From contig OZ024755.1 of NCBI GenBank assembly GCA_964016885.1, forward strand, positions 16,368,001 through 16,432,000: DNA of 64,000 bases, written 5' to 3'. How positions within the stretch are numbered: the stretch's first letter is position 1; each line of letters begins with the position of its first letter. The position numbers were made by a program, and so were the translations under genes. This DNA is from Eledone cirrhosa (Eukaryota). Below are positions 1 to 13,389 of this stretch, piece by piece. The notes beneath the pieces were generated by a model. That model was given only the letters and a program-made list of their open reading frames with translations. It did not search any database and was not told the origin of the DNA.

Positions 1-166
1 GTAAACTGAAGGAGAGGTAACACATTCGCCATTCTGCTTACTGAACCACAAAGTAACAGTTGGGCTCAATCGATTTACTAGTTATTATATTGAGAAGAAA
101 ATGCATTGGAAATTTTATTATAAAAAAAGGAGATCATTATCTGTTTTTCTTTTATTATTATAAGTG

Positions 167-275
167 CTAGCCGAGGTTAACTTTGCCTTTCATCCTTACG
201 GGTCGATAAAATAAAGTACCAGTAATGTACTGGGTAATTGCTGGACTTGTGCCTAAAGTGGAAACAATTATTATA
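167..275 (+). mobile_element. tRNA-derived SINE fragment, Meta/MESC-like core
   Basis: gccgaggttaactttgcctttcatccttacgggtcgataaaataaagtaccag core; many similar copies in the window. Confidence 0.75.
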
Positions 276-1367
276 AGTGCTAGCAATTATGAGGATTTCA
301 TTTTTAGGAGGAATATTATTAAAGTGGGCCACACCTTGGTAATGTCAGTATTGGAATATTCTGTTGTGAAATAACCTTGGATCAGTGAACACATAAATGT
401 ACAATGTGAAACTCAGGCAACAGCAGGTTCATACTAACCATGCACAAGTGTATGTAATGATACCAATACGAGCAAACGAGGGAGCCACTGTGTGATAGCT
501 CGACCAGCATGAAATAGTAGCGCAGATATATACTTCAATCAAACAGTCTTATAAAGAAAATAAGCGGCCACATGTGATAATGTAGGCATAGATAGATAAC
601 AAAAAGACAAAAAAAAAAAGGACCGGCACGATTACTTTTGATCCTATGTTTGCTTAATTAAGGTCGACTTGAGTCTAAATAACCAAAAAATGAGGGAGGT
701 AGAATTTTAATCGTCTAGGATCTGGTATGTTCTGGTAAGATTGTGCTCCACTGAGGATTTCTTATAAGACTAAAGCATGTCCAGAGTTGTCACCATACTT
801 ACCAAAGATTAAACTCACTTCTTACAACATGCCCTCGTTTCATTAATTTAAATTTCGGGGTTGTTTCCCTTGACCATTATTAAAGCTGATGTATTTTTTC
901 CTCCTTCCTACATTAAGTGTCGTTAGTATCCATGTAATATGTACAGTAGACTTAGCAATTATAGGATTAGCAAGAGATGTTAGACGCGTAAAGAGATTTT
1001 TATATGCGGTCAAGACCAATTGTAAATATACAGAAATAGAAAATGATTCGAAGCCAAAAAAAAAATCATCAGAAAAAAGATAAATAAATAAGAGAATGGG
1101 TAGAAATAACATTTTACTGTTTACTCATGAAGGAAACAGCAGTGCCTAGCCCATGACTTTCTCAGCGTCTTCAAGACTACAGGAAAATGAAAGAAGTGGG
1201 TATGCTCAAACCAGAGACATGGCCCAAATGTTTGCAACAAAACTCTTCTAAAGACGCCCATGGGCCATTTGGTGGTGTTAAACCGGGTGGAGGAGTAATA
1301 CTCTCGATACCAAACCACCAGAAATCTCTTCTTGTCCTATGATACGAAACTATTTATCTTAAATTTA

Positions 1368-2326
1368 TCTATATATATAAAACTGTGGTTGTCTGTCTGT
1401 CTATCGATTTTTGGCACACATCTCCTCTTAGAATCTCTCACGGAATTGCACCGAAATTGCTATACTTGTACATTGAGCCCTAGCGAAGACATCGGAAAAA
1501 AAAATTTCAAATTGACCCGCCGTATGTGACGAAATCGAATATAATGTATCGATTTTTGAGCGTAAGTTATCAGTTATTTCCCTTTGTTCTGTTTACATTG
1601 AGCGTCTTACGTAAAAAATTACGCTGGCTTTCTCAGCGTTTAAAATGACATTAACACAATACACGAACAGTTGAACACTAAGCTTCCGTTTTGCTTCATT
1701 TCCATTTAAAAGCATTTTAAAACAATATTTTTACTTGAAAACAAGTCTATTTAAAGACTACGTAAAACAAGCAAATATTTCGTCGTTAGGCGTGCAGACA
1801 GACAGTCGTGCAGACAGACAGTCGTGCAGACAGACAGTCGTGCAGAGAGGTGATATAGGCGTGCAGACAGACAGTCGTGCAGAGAGGTGATATAGGCGTG
1901 CAGACAGACAGTCGTGCAGAGAGTTGATATAGGCGTGCAGACAGACAGTCGTGCAGAGAGGTGATATAGGCGTGCAGACAGACAGTCGTGCAGAGAGGTG
2001 ATATAGGCGTGCAGACAGACATAACTGATAATTTGGTTACGCTAATGTTTTTCTCTGCGTTGCAGTGTTTACATTTTCGATCTTTGTTAATAAATAACCA
2101 GTGCAGTTTTTATCCCCAGCATCCTCTTTTGTTATAACATTCGGGTTATCGTTATGTTTTCTTAACTTCATAAGGCATATTGTTGGTTGAGGGAATATTA
2201 ATCAAAAACACCACATGCAAGTCTGCACAGTAAACACTACAGTTTTTAAGCCAAAAAAGAAACTTAACATTGTAACTTTAACACAGCTACTGAGCAACCC
2301 CGAGCAACGCCGGGCTTTACTGCTAG
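1368..2326 (+). mobile_element. Non-autonomous Helitron
   Basis: 5' TCTATATATATAAAA start after an A; subterminal hairpin CCCG-AGCAACGC-CGGG (~2299-2314); 3' CTAG followed by T; internal minisatellite. Confidence 0.8.
1787..2021. repeat. 37-bp minisatellite inside the Helitron
   Basis: Unit aggcgtgcagacagacagtcgtgcagagaggtgatat, period 37 (1857, 1894...). Confidence 0.95.
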
Positions 2327-2344
2327 TATATATATATATATATA

Positions 2345-2488
2345 AGTTTATCCCGGGTAACCACAGTAAGTAAGGTACTCAATACAAAGCACAGTATAAA
2401 TATTTAATATAGAAAAGGCTTCTACAGGATTAGAACTGTTTCTTCCGAATGAAACAGTTCTAGTCCTGTAGAAGCCTTTTCTATATTA
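2345..2488. mobile_element. Penelope-like terminal fragment family A, fold-back hairpin with hammerhead 3' halves
   Basis: Near-perfect inverted repeat ~2405-2488; GAAACAG-ttctagtc-CTGTA in the arms; homologous to 26742, 34704, 49290, 61237. Confidence 0.7.
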
Positions 2489-2495
2489 TATATAT

Positions 2496-2583
2496 AACGA
2501 AGGAAGTGTGGTAAGGAACCAGGTGGACCATAACTAACCGTTCAGAACTAGTTGTCGAAACGGCCGGAGCTCCTGACTGTTTT

Positions 2584-2586
<3 letters not shown>
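2496..2586. mobile_element. Penelope-like terminal fragment family B (rearranged)
   Basis: cgaaacggccggagctc plus an inverted copy of the tail ggtccacctggttccttaccacac; flanked by (TA)n. Confidence 0.55.
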
Positions 2587-2629
<43 letters not shown>

Positions 2630-2954
2630 TGGAAAAAAGTGTGGACGCTAGAAAACGTTCAGTACAGATCACATTATAGAAAGAAAATGATAATAAAAAA
2701 GGGGTTCGAAAAGTGCAACTGGATTTTTATAACATGTATAAAAATTGATGTTAGCAAAGCCTGTTTTCTCCGTTTTGGATCTTCAAAACATCTGTTATTA
2801 GGTTAAATTGTTTTTTTTTTGTTTTGTTAAAACTGCTGCATGCTGATTAAAGAAGTCAAAACCTCTATTTGAGGGGTGGTATAAGCTAGACTGACTAAAA
2901 TTTGTCAGTTTTACTCATAGAGTTCTCCGACCATGTGTGTGTATATATACATAC

Positions 2955-2990
<36 letters not shown>

Positions 2991-3555
2991 TTTCTAATAT
3001 CAAGTTGAAGGGTTCGTTATAAGTCTCACCGGAATATATAAGATTCTTATTGTGAAATTTTAATTTTAGGTTTTTTTTTTTAATAAATATCCCTGTAATA
3101 TTTGGGGTTTATGAAAAAAAGGCTGGATTCCACCATTGGTGTAGCATGTGATAGAGAAATAAAATAACTAAAACACACAAACATTATAGACAGCGCCCTC
3201 TATCGGATAAAATAACTAAAACAAACACACAAACGTTATAGACAGCGCCCTCTATCGGAGACAGACTGAATTATTGATGTATATATTTTTTTCATCACAT
3301 CTGTTGCAGTTTTCATTCATTAAATATTAAGATATGAATAGGCTTTCTCCGTCTTTCTCTCTCTCTCAATCTTTCTTTCTCTCTCCCCTCTCTCTCTGTC
3401 TAGCTATCACTTTTTCTTTTACTCTCTTACTTTCATTGCGTATTTTTCTTTCTATCTTTCACGCTCCCACACACATACCCACACACGCGTCAAAGAGCAC
3501 ACACACATACATATACATATTTAGATACATACAGACATAGAAACATATCCGCATA

Positions 3556-3607
<52 letters not shown>

Positions 3608-3894
3608 CGTACATACATACGTACAAATACACACACACGCATCCATACGTACACACGTATATACATACATACATACATACATATACACGTATATACATAC
3701 ATACATACACACGTATTTACATACATACACACACACACATACATACATACATACATCGGTACGTACGTATGTACACAGAAGCACAATTCATTCATCAAAA
3801 TCGATGAATGTAATAGGAAACAAACATTTGTGTGTCGCTACAACTACTACAACAAACAGTCTAAGACAAACAGACTTCTCGACAAAATTAGGTT

Positions 3895-5090
3895 AGTGTC
3901 TGGCTATCCGACTGGCTGGCTGGCTGACAGACCAACTGGTTGTTTGGTTGGCTGGCTAGCTGGCTGGCAGGTTGTTTGGTTGGCTGGCTGACAGACCAAC
4001 TGGTTGTTTGGTTGGCTGGTTGGTTAGCTGGCTGGCTGACAGACCAACTGGTTGTTTGGCTGGTTGGTTGGCTGGCTGGCTGGGACACCAACTGGTTGTT
4101 TGGTTGGCTGGCTAGCTGGCTGGCAGGTTGTTTGGTTGGCTGGCTGACAGACCAACTGGTTGTTTGGTTGGCTGGTTGGTTAGCTGGCTGGCTGACAGAC
4201 CAACTGGTTGTTTGGCTGGTTGGTTGGCTGGCTGGTTAGTTGGCTGGCTGGCTGACAGACCAACTGGTTGTTTGGTTGGCTGGCTAGCTGGTTGGCAGGT
4301 TGTTTGGTTGGCTGGCTGACAGACCAACTGGTTGTTTGGTTGGCTGGCTGGTTGGTTAGCTGGCTGGTTGTTTGGTTGGCTGGCTGGCAGGCTGACAGAC
4401 CAACTGGTTGTTTGGTTGGCTGGCTAGCTGGCTGGTTGGTTAGCTGGCTGGTTGTTTGGTTGGCTGGCTGGCTGGTTGGTTAGCTGGCTGGTTGGCTGGC
4501 TGGTTGTTTGGTTGCATGGCTAGCTGGCTGGTTACTTGCTGGCTGGTTGTTTGTTTGGCTGGCTGGCTGGTTGTTTGGTTGGTTGGCTGGCTGGCTGGCT
4601 GGCTGGTTGATTAGCTGGCTTGTTGTTTGGTTGGTTGGCTGGTTGGTGGTGGTTGTTTGGTTGCATGGCTAGCTGGCTGGTTGCTTGCTGGCTGGTTGTT
4701 TGGTTGGTTGGCTGGCTTTGTGGCTGGTTGGTGGTTGTTCGTTTGGCTGGCTGGATAGTTGGTTATTTGGTTGCCTGGCTGGTTGTTCTGTTGGTTGGTG
4801 GTTCGTTTGGTTGGCTGGCTGGCTAGTTGTTGGGTTGGCTAGCTGGCTGGTTGGTTGGCTCTTGGTTGTTCTGTTGGCAGGTTTGATGGTTTGCAGGTAT
4901 GTTGGTATATTGGTATAGTTAGTGTGTTGGTTGGCTGGTATATTAGTATAGTTAGTGTGTTGGTTAGCTGGTATATTGGTATAGTTAGTGTGTTGGTTGG
5001 TTTGCTGGTATGTTGGTAGAGTTAGTGTGTTGGTTGGTTTACTGGTATGTTGGTATATTAGTATAGTTAGTGTGTTAGTTAGCTGACATC
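3895..5090. repeat. (GGCT/GGTT)n-based satellite with higher-order units, grading into a ~35-40 bp unit
   Basis: Recurring ctgacagaccaactggttgtttggttggctgg; later gtatagttagtgtgttggtt units. Confidence 0.9.
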
Positions 5091-5204
5091 CAAGTTAGTG
5101 TGTCGGCATGAATATATTCTTTGTTTTCGACTGTCTTTTGGTGAGAAACGAAAATGGAATGAATGAACAATAGAAGAAACTTGATTGATCTTCGAATTTA
5201 TTCG

Positions 5205-5430
5205 TTACCCGATGCTCTACCGACCCTACTGCCAATCTACCGTCCTTAGAACACCATGAAATAAGGATTTCTATTTTAGGCACAAGGCCAGTCAATTTTT
5301 ATTGGGAGGGGGGGTGGGCATTATATCGACTGCAGTGCCTTACCGATACTGTATTTTATCAACCCTACAAAGATGAGATGCAAAGTTGACCTCGGCAGCA
5401 TTTGAGCTCAGAATGTAAAGAGCCGGAAAA
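5205..5430 (-). mobile_element. Meta/MESC-like SINE copies (degenerate)
   Basis: Reverse complement of core (aaagttgacctcggc, ttgagctcag) and tail aggcacaaggccag. Confidence 0.65.
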
Positions 5431-5539
5431 AATATATAAAATAATAATTTATTCATTTATTTATCTTCTCCTTTCCTTCTCCCACTTATTCCTGAGAGAG
5501 TCGTGGGGACAGAGTCCTCAAACACTCCTGCCAGAAGCA

Positions 5540-5672
5540 ACTTCGCTCGTAAAATCTGTCCGGTGATTCTTTCCTGAGACGTTCTAACCACATGCCCATA
5601 ATATCAGAGCTGTGATCTCTCAATTCGGAGAAGTAGCGGCTCTAGAGACATTCTGATCTCCGAGCTACGCAC
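5540..5672. repeat. Dispersed repeat, second copy at ~60600-60735
   Basis: ctcgtaaa-tctgtcc-gattctttcctgagac...gagctgtga-ctctcaattcgga-aagtagcggctcta...tctccgagcta shared by both loci. Confidence 0.75.
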
Positions 5673-6029
5673 TTTATCAATTTATTTATTTATTTACCAA
5701 TCAATTTATTTTAACTTGCTTATACAGGTTTCTGATTTATATATATAATTGATCTTTATTGTCTACCTATTATATATATTCTGTTTACTGATTTATTATT
5801 ATTGTTATTATTGATTGTTTGTACCTGCCTGTGAATCGATGAGAGGGTCAAGGATTCCATGAAGGGATCGATCGATGGTCTAAAATGTTTGAGGAACTCT
5901 GCTTTATGCAGTCGTTCGATATGCTAAATATGACAGCCGAATTTTCTCCGGGTAATATTCTTCTTTGGGGACATTAAAGAATGTCTTTCACTGATAGATA
6001 TATAAAATACAAGTCGGATAGATAGATTT

Positions 6030-6330
6030 TCACTATTCGTTCCGATTCTCTGCACTCAGAGTTCAAATCCTGCCGAGGTCAACTTTGTCTTTCATCCTTC
6101 CGAGGTCGATAAATAAAGTACCAGTCAAGTACTGGAGACAATTTTCCCTCTATATCTCTTTCTCTCTTTTTCTGTATCAGAAACACACTCCTCTTCTTCT
6201 TCTCTGGAAGAAATCAACTACGTTCAGACCTGGATAAGGAGATGGGCTCTGACAGGTTTCAAATACCCAAGACACTCCGCATGTCACTACGGCCACTCTA
6301 CGACACCATCAGAAATTACAGGTCCATCCA
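6030..6330 (+). mobile_element. Meta-like SINE with distinct long 3' tail
   Basis: B-box gagttcaaatcc, core, pyrimidine tract, then cagacctgga-aggagatgggctc tail; similar copies at 12990, 22645, 31495, 43826. Confidence 0.7.
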
Positions 6331-6437
6331 TCCATATTTAAACACACATACACTCACATACATCCATATATATATACATACATCCATCCATATATATATA
6401 CATACATCGATCCATATATATATATATACACACACAT

Positions 6438-6799
6438 GGTGGCTGCCAACTCGTTTTCGAGTACGGCCACTACTTTATATCCATGTAGGAGAACCCCTAC
6501 CGATGCGCTGAACGAGTGTGACTTTTTAGTCCAGCCAGCGACTTGAAAACTCTGGTACAAACACTACACTTATGACAATTATTGACACATAGTGCTGGGC
6601 CCACGGTACCATGTAACGACAAGTGCAGAGAGATCTCCAGATATAAAGCAATGCCTGTGCCGTGAAGCTTTTATAGCGAGCAAAGGCACTGCACAAAGCC
6701 AGTCCCACTCTCTTAACCAAGATGATATTTACCAAAAAGAAGAACAAGTCAACAGCATTGGATACCATCAGAGTTGCAGGTGTTATATCAGAGTTTTCC
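6438..6799 (+). mobile_element. Probable 5' module of R4/Dong-like non-LTR retrotransposon
   Basis: Starts (cat)ggtggctgccaactcg after a CA/TA tract; highly similar to 17104-17464, which precedes an RLE domain. Confidence 0.6.
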
Positions 6800-7664
6800 T
6801 TCTCCTAGAATTCTGCCTTGACAAAGGCTAAGGGGTCATCTCTCCCGGTGATTTTGGATGGCCATTTACTCTTAAGAGCTCCTTTGCCCTTTGATATATA
6901 TATATATATATATACGTACATACATACATGCATACATATATACATACATATATAATTAAAAAAAAAGTATAAATGACTACAAAAAGAGACAAAGGAAGAA
7001 GAGACGAAAGATGGAAAGAAAGGAAAAACGTGGAGACAGAAAGAAAGGAAGGAAGGAAGAAAGGGTGAAAGGACTGGAGAGAAGGAAAAAGAAATGATGA
7101 ATGAATGAAAAAAAATAAAGATAAAATAAAATTTTACGGATGAATATAAAAAAGATTTGAAAAAGAAAGATATAGAGTGTGTAATGGGGGGGGGTTATCG
7201 ATATATAAGGAGGGGGTAAAGGTGATGGTGTGAGGATTTAGTGTTGAAGGTGGTGGTATTGGAGGTGGTGGTGTGAGGATGTAGTGGTGGTGGTTGGTGG
7301 TGGTGTGAGGATGTAGTGTTGAAGGTGGTGGTGGTGGTGGAGGTGATGGCGTGAGTATGTAGTGTTGAAGGTGGTGATGGAGGAAGAGGGGGAGTGAAGA
7401 AAAAATCACACACGTGAGAAGTAGAAATAAAAAGTAAGAGGGAGGGGTGGGGAAGAAGGCTGGGTGGGGGAGGCTTGGATGAGTGGGTATGTGAGTGAGT
7501 ACAGATCGAAGCAGATCGATAAGACGTCACTCGGCACATAATTCAGCTGTTCTTCGCGACACCACGTGATTCCCCCTACCCAACCCTCTCCACCAAGACA
7601 CACACACACACACACATTAACACACACACTAACATACTCATATACGATGGACTTCCGTTGGTTT

Positions 7665-7835
7665 CAACGATGAGTGTTCCAATTGTTTGATCAATGGAAC
7701 AAACAGCCTGCTTATGAAACTAACGTACGTGTAAGTGGCTGAGCATTCCACAGACACGTGTACCCTTAACCCAATTATCGAGGAGATCCAGCGTGACACA
7801 ATGTGACACTGATGGCCCTTTGAATTTACAGGTAG
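7665..7835. repeat. Dispersed repeat, second copy at ~30150-30300
   Basis: gatcaa-ggaacaa-ctg-atgaaa...gtaagtggctgagcatt-c-acagacacg...gtgacaca shared. Confidence 0.65.
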
Positions 7836-8019
7836 AGTCCATCCGACTGGCTTCCAAGCAGTTTCTGTCTACCCAATTTCATTCACAAGGCATGGGTCAC
7901 TTGCCCAAGATAATCATGCTGTGTGATCGAATGACTGCGTAGCAAACTGCTACGTCATTCAGTCCCCACGTTGCGTCCACATATAGGGATAGAAAGGGAG
8001 GGAGAGTTTCGGTTATAGT

Positions 8020-8042
8020 TTTAGGATTGGGAAGGGGTTACG

Positions 8043-8075
<33 letters not shown>

Positions 8076-8137
8076 GATCTGTTCAAATCTAGCTGTCGAA
8101 ACGGCCGGAGCTCAGCCGTCGGGGTCCTGACTCTTTT

Positions 8138-8184
<47 letters not shown>

Positions 8185-8358
8185 GAAATATATATTTTCG
8201 ATAGCTAGATTTGAACAGATCTAGCTGTCGAAACGGCCGGAGCTCAGCCGTCGGGGTCATAACTCTTTTCCTATTACCCACTCTACTACCCTATGTATCG
8301 AATACTCTGTTGCATTATGGACCACCTGGTATCTTATCACACATTCTTTGTTGTCATA
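8020..8358 (+). mobile_element. Two family B Penelope-like terminal fragments with hammerhead 3' half
   Basis: GAAACGGC-cggagctca-GCCGTC-gggg at ~8098 and ~8230; second copy preceded by a 14-bp hairpin and followed by the family tail; (TA)n separators. Confidence 0.6.
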
Positions 8359-8484
8359 TATATATATACATTAATCAATGAAAAAAAGAGTCAGTTGATT
8401 TGTAATCAACTGATTCTTATATATAACAGATGCCAAGCACTCAGTGGTATATATTTATCCGGAATATAATAATAATAATAATAA

Positions 8485-9164
<680 letters not shown>

Positions 9165-9269
9165 CTTCGTTTGTTTTGCAAGATTTCTTATCTGAAAACG
9201 TGTGTTGAAACAGATATTGTTATACTTTTATTGGCAGCATGACCCTCCCAAAGTATAGCAATATACATA

Positions 9270-9455
9270 CATGGTGGATTGGCAGTATCGGTAAAGAGTC
9301 AGACGCCATGCTTTGCAGCATAGAGTTATGGCTCTTTATGATCGGAGTTCAAATCCCGCCGAGGTTAACTTTGCCTTTCATCCTTACGGAGTCGATAAAA
9401 TAAAGTACCAGTAATACACTGGGGTAATTGCTGGCCTTGTGCCCAAAGGAGAAAA
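9270..9455 (+). mobile_element. Near full-length Meta/MESC-like tRNA SINE
   Basis: A-box-like tggcagtatcgg, B-box gagttcaaatccc, core, tail. Confidence 0.8.
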
Positions 9456-9582
9456 AAATTATTATTATTAGCTCAAACCATTTTATAACCAATATGATCA
9501 TACTAACATATTTAAAGTCAATAGAAAATCAGTGTAGTAAAATCAAAAGCACGAGTATAGTGAAACAAATTATTGGAGCGGC

Positions 9583-9810
9583 TGAACCCTTTAGCATTGA
9601 AACCGGCCATATCTGGCCAGAATTCTCTCACCTTATTCTGTTCAAACCGGCAGTAACTTTCCATTATACTGATGTTAAGGTATTGTTCTCAAAACAAATG
9701 ACATCAAAATTTCATAGATTCGATATTATGTGAGAGAATTATGTGAGGCAAAGCCTTTACCGTGAAAATATAATAGTAAATATAGAGTAATGTAAATACT
9801 AAAGAGTTAA
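9583..9810. mobile_element. piggyBac-type MITE
   Basis: tgaa-CCCTTTAGCATT ... AATACTAAAGAG-ttaa imperfect TIRs with TTAA-like target duplication. Confidence 0.65.
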
Positions 9811-9840
9811 ACCCCAAAAGCACCCTTAGCACCAGAAGGC

Positions 9841-9890
<50 letters not shown>

Positions 9891-10059
9891 CTAATGAATG
9901 GAACACGAGTAGCAGCAACTATACAACTTTGCCTTTCATCCTTACGGAGAAAAAAATTATTATTAGCTTCTATATGGTTACTCACCATGCTAGATATAGC
10001 AACCAAATATCCCTCAAATTACGTGATACAATTTTGTGTGTGCGTGTGTGTGGGGTGGG

Positions 10060-10345
10060 GTAGTCAATTAAATCAACCCCAGTGCGTTACTGGTACTTTA
10101 TTTTATCGACCTCATAAGAATGAAAGGTAAAGTTAACCTCGGCAGGATTGTTTTAGGCACAAGGTCAATATTTTTTTTTGGGGGGGGGGGAAGATCATTA
10201 AATCAACCCAGTACGTTGATGGTACTTTATTTTATCGGTAAGGTAAAGCTAACCCCGGCGGGACTTGAACACAAAACGTAAAATGATGTAACTATATGAC
10301 GCAAAGCATATTGTCAGATGCTCTACAGATTCTGCCAATCCACCG
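10060..10345 (-). mobile_element. Two tandem Meta-like SINEs
   Basis: ctggtactttattttatcg...aaaggtaaagttaacctcggc twice; head ending ctgccaatccaccg. Confidence 0.75.
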
Positions 10346-10519
10346 TTTAAAAATGAAAGCGTAAATACAGGACACATTGTATGTACTATGTCTAAATATT
10401 AGACGGTACAGTCACGGTTGGAACGTCTTAATCATAGGCTTACATAAGTATAGTGAGCGGGGGAGGCTTAGGCGAATCAACAATAGTTACAGAACTAATA
10501 ACATAATGAGTACTCAATA

Positions 10520-11312
10520 CACACACACACGTGCATATCTGTGCATGTGTGTGCGGTATGTGTACATGTATGTGTGTGTGCATGTATGTGTGTGTGCATG
10601 TGTGTGTGTGTGTGTGCATGTGGTATGTGTACATGTGTATATGTGTGTGTATGTGTCTGTGTGTGCATGTGTGCGTGTGGTATGTGTACATGTATGTGTG
10701 GTATGTGTACATGTATGTGTGTGTGCATGTATGTGTGTGTGCATGTGTGTGTGTGTACATGTATGTGTATGTGTGTGTATGTGTCTATGTGTGTGTATGT
10801 GTGGTATGTGTACATGTATGTGTCTATGTGTGCATGTGTGGTGTGTGTGCATGTGTACATGTGTGTGTGCATGTGTGGTATGTGTTCATGTATGTGTCTG
10901 TGTACATGTGTATATGTGTGTGTATGTGCATATGTGTGCATGTGTGTGTGTGTAATGGTTTTGGCATCAGCTTATATTATCGTTAACGGACTATATCAGT
11001 TTATGCCCTCTCTCACACACACACACACAATCACTTACAAACACACATCCGCCCAACCTCATTTACACAGACTCAGACACACAATCACTTACGTAAACAC
11101 AAACACACACAATCACATGTACATGACCCCCCCCCCCCACACACACACACATATTAACACAAACTCTCACACAACGCAACACAATCACTTACTTACAAAC
11201 ACACACACACACAAATATTCACCATTACTGTTGTCTGTTTCCAGCTATAAGTCATTCACCTTTTGGTTTCATTCACGGAAAAAATTACTACTCATATACG
11301 CACGTACTAATA

Positions 11313-11344
<32 letters not shown>

Positions 11345-11396
11345 CATTTGTACAGAAACATTACACACACGGCCCTCTCTGTGAGAGAGAGAGAGA

Positions 11397-11472
<76 letters not shown>

Positions 11473-11520
11473 TGTGGTGTGTGGTGTGTGGTGTGGTGTG
11501 GTGTGTGTGTGTGTGTGTAT
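10520..11520. repeat. Compound (TG/CATG)n, (CA)n, (GA)n microsatellite region
   Basis: Direct inspection; accounts for the CV/HT-rich ORFs. Confidence 0.95.
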
Positions 11521-11753
11521 TGTTTCTGTACAAATGAGAGCGTGGGCTTGTGAGTGCGAACGTGTTTGCATGGAAGAGTGCGTCTGTTGGGAGGGAGAGA
11601 GAAAGAGAATGAAACAGAGTGTGCGCACGAAGACTGACAAATACTTAGACACCCACAGGCACACACACACACGCACGCAAGTATATATGTATATATATAT
11701 CTATATATATTATTCGAAATGTTAACAAATGAAAAATATTCTCATAATCAAAA

Positions 11754-11828
11754 TATATACTTTATTATATATATATTTCAAAGGTACTGCATTGTTTTTT
11801 CAGTACGTCCTCATCAGACAAAATATAT
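11754..11828 (-). ncRNA. Type I hammerhead ribozyme (family C)
   Basis: Minus strand: atatattttgt-CTGATGA-ggacGTACTG...CAGTACcttt-GAA-ATATATATAT-A-ataaagtatat; 11-bp stem I with two G-U pairs, palindromic stem III. Confidence 0.7.
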
Positions 11829-12391
11829 GGTTTGATATATGACATACCGCTACGGTCTTGATTATTCAATTCCAGTATTGGCAATTGAGTGCTTCTAATC
11901 TATTGTAAAATTGTATTCGTTGAGTAATCAACGAACCATACTAATCTTTGGTTATTTATATATATATATATAAGTATATTCTTTTTTCCGACTTTTTTAA
12001 TATAATTCACTGAAAGGCAAAACTTGTCTTGTCTCTACCTGTTTTGTCATGTCCCAATGTGCACTGGATTGAAAATTATCAACCTTAAAACTCCTGAAAT
12101 TATAGTCATTTTCAGAGGTTCACTGAGAATAAGGGACTGTCAGGTTTTCCGGTTTTTTTTCGTTCCCACCCTATTTTGGATATGGTCACATACATATACC
12201 TACATTTCTATGCTTATAAATATACATACATATATCTATATATATATTTATATATATATATGTCTATATATGTATAATGCAAGTGATCAATAAATAATTA
12301 AAAATGAATTATTAATTAATCATTTTTGAAAATTGAACATTTAAAATTAATTATCTTATATACTCCCCCTACATCTCTCTCTCTCTCTCTT

Positions 12392-12431
<40 letters not shown>

Positions 12432-12526
12432 AGAGGGTGTAACTTGGAGTTACTGCAGGTTCACCGGGTGAGCACTCGATGTTTAGGTTCACTTCTGTGT
12501 TGAGGTGTAGAGCTATACAGAGTGTA

Positions 12527-12807
12527 ATATATTGAAAGGATAACAAGGACGATTGGTTACCCCTTCATTACATTTATTGGTAGGTGACGCGGTTTCGCCA
12601 CTGATCAGCTCAAGGTTCGATCTGTATCGATCTTACCCGACTCTAAACGCTACTAGCATTTTAAAGGGTCCGTTGAGCTGCCGATTATAGAGTCGGGTCA
12701 GATCGATACAGATCGAACCTTGAGCTGATCAGTGGCGAAACGCGCGTCACCTACCAATAAATGTAATGAAGGAGTAACCAATCGTCCTTGTTATCCTTTC
12801 AATATAT
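12527..12807. mobile_element. ~120-bp-arm inverted repeat with degenerate hammerhead
   Basis: Arms 12527-12645 and 12688-12807; ggt-CCGTTGA-gctgccgatt...gatcagtggc-GAA-ACGCGCGT-C-acc at 12667-12751. Confidence 0.7.
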
Positions 12808-12989
12808 ATATATATATATATATAAAGAGAGAGAGAGAGAGAGAGAGATTGTAAGTAAGCATTGGAGCATCTAATGAGTTGAAATGTTTAGAAATGTAGA
12901 GAATCTCGAACGCAGAAGAAAAGCAGTGAACACAGCCTTAGAAAGTCGGGTAAAATAGCTCTATCGATGGAAACCAGAAATATATACAG

Positions 12990-13245
12990 AACCAAAAAGA
13001 ACACGGTCAACATTACTTTTCATCCATTCGAGATCGATAAAAAAAAAGTACCAGTCTTGTACTGGTGCCGATTCTTCCTCTCTCTCTCCCTGTTTCTATT
13101 CTTCTCACGAAGAAATCTGCTGTACTCAGACCTGGAGAGGAGAAGCGCGCCACCAGGTTTTATAAAAAATGCCCTAGAAATGCCGTCTGTCAATACGGAG
13201 CCCTAACAACTCCTCCTTCGAGGGTTACGGGATCCTGCATGCATA
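12990..13245 (+). mobile_element. Meta-like SINE with long 3' tail
   Basis: Core then agaaatctgctgtactcagacctggagaggag...gagggttacgggatcc followed by catgcatacat. Confidence 0.7.
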
Positions 13246-13389
13246 CATTATACCCGACGAACATACATACGTGTATGGCTGTGACACATAAATACAAAGG
13301 TCATATTAAACATTTCTGAGGCCATGTTTGTACAATCCAAGTGCATTAGATGAGATCTAAGTCTAGTCTAAATGTAAAATCTGTCTCAA

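Noticed and set aside
947-1095. Candidate terminal exon DLAIIGLARDVRRVKRFL...SEKR* followed by AATAAA
   Set aside because: Weak acceptor, no recognisable protein, no supporting exons in the window.
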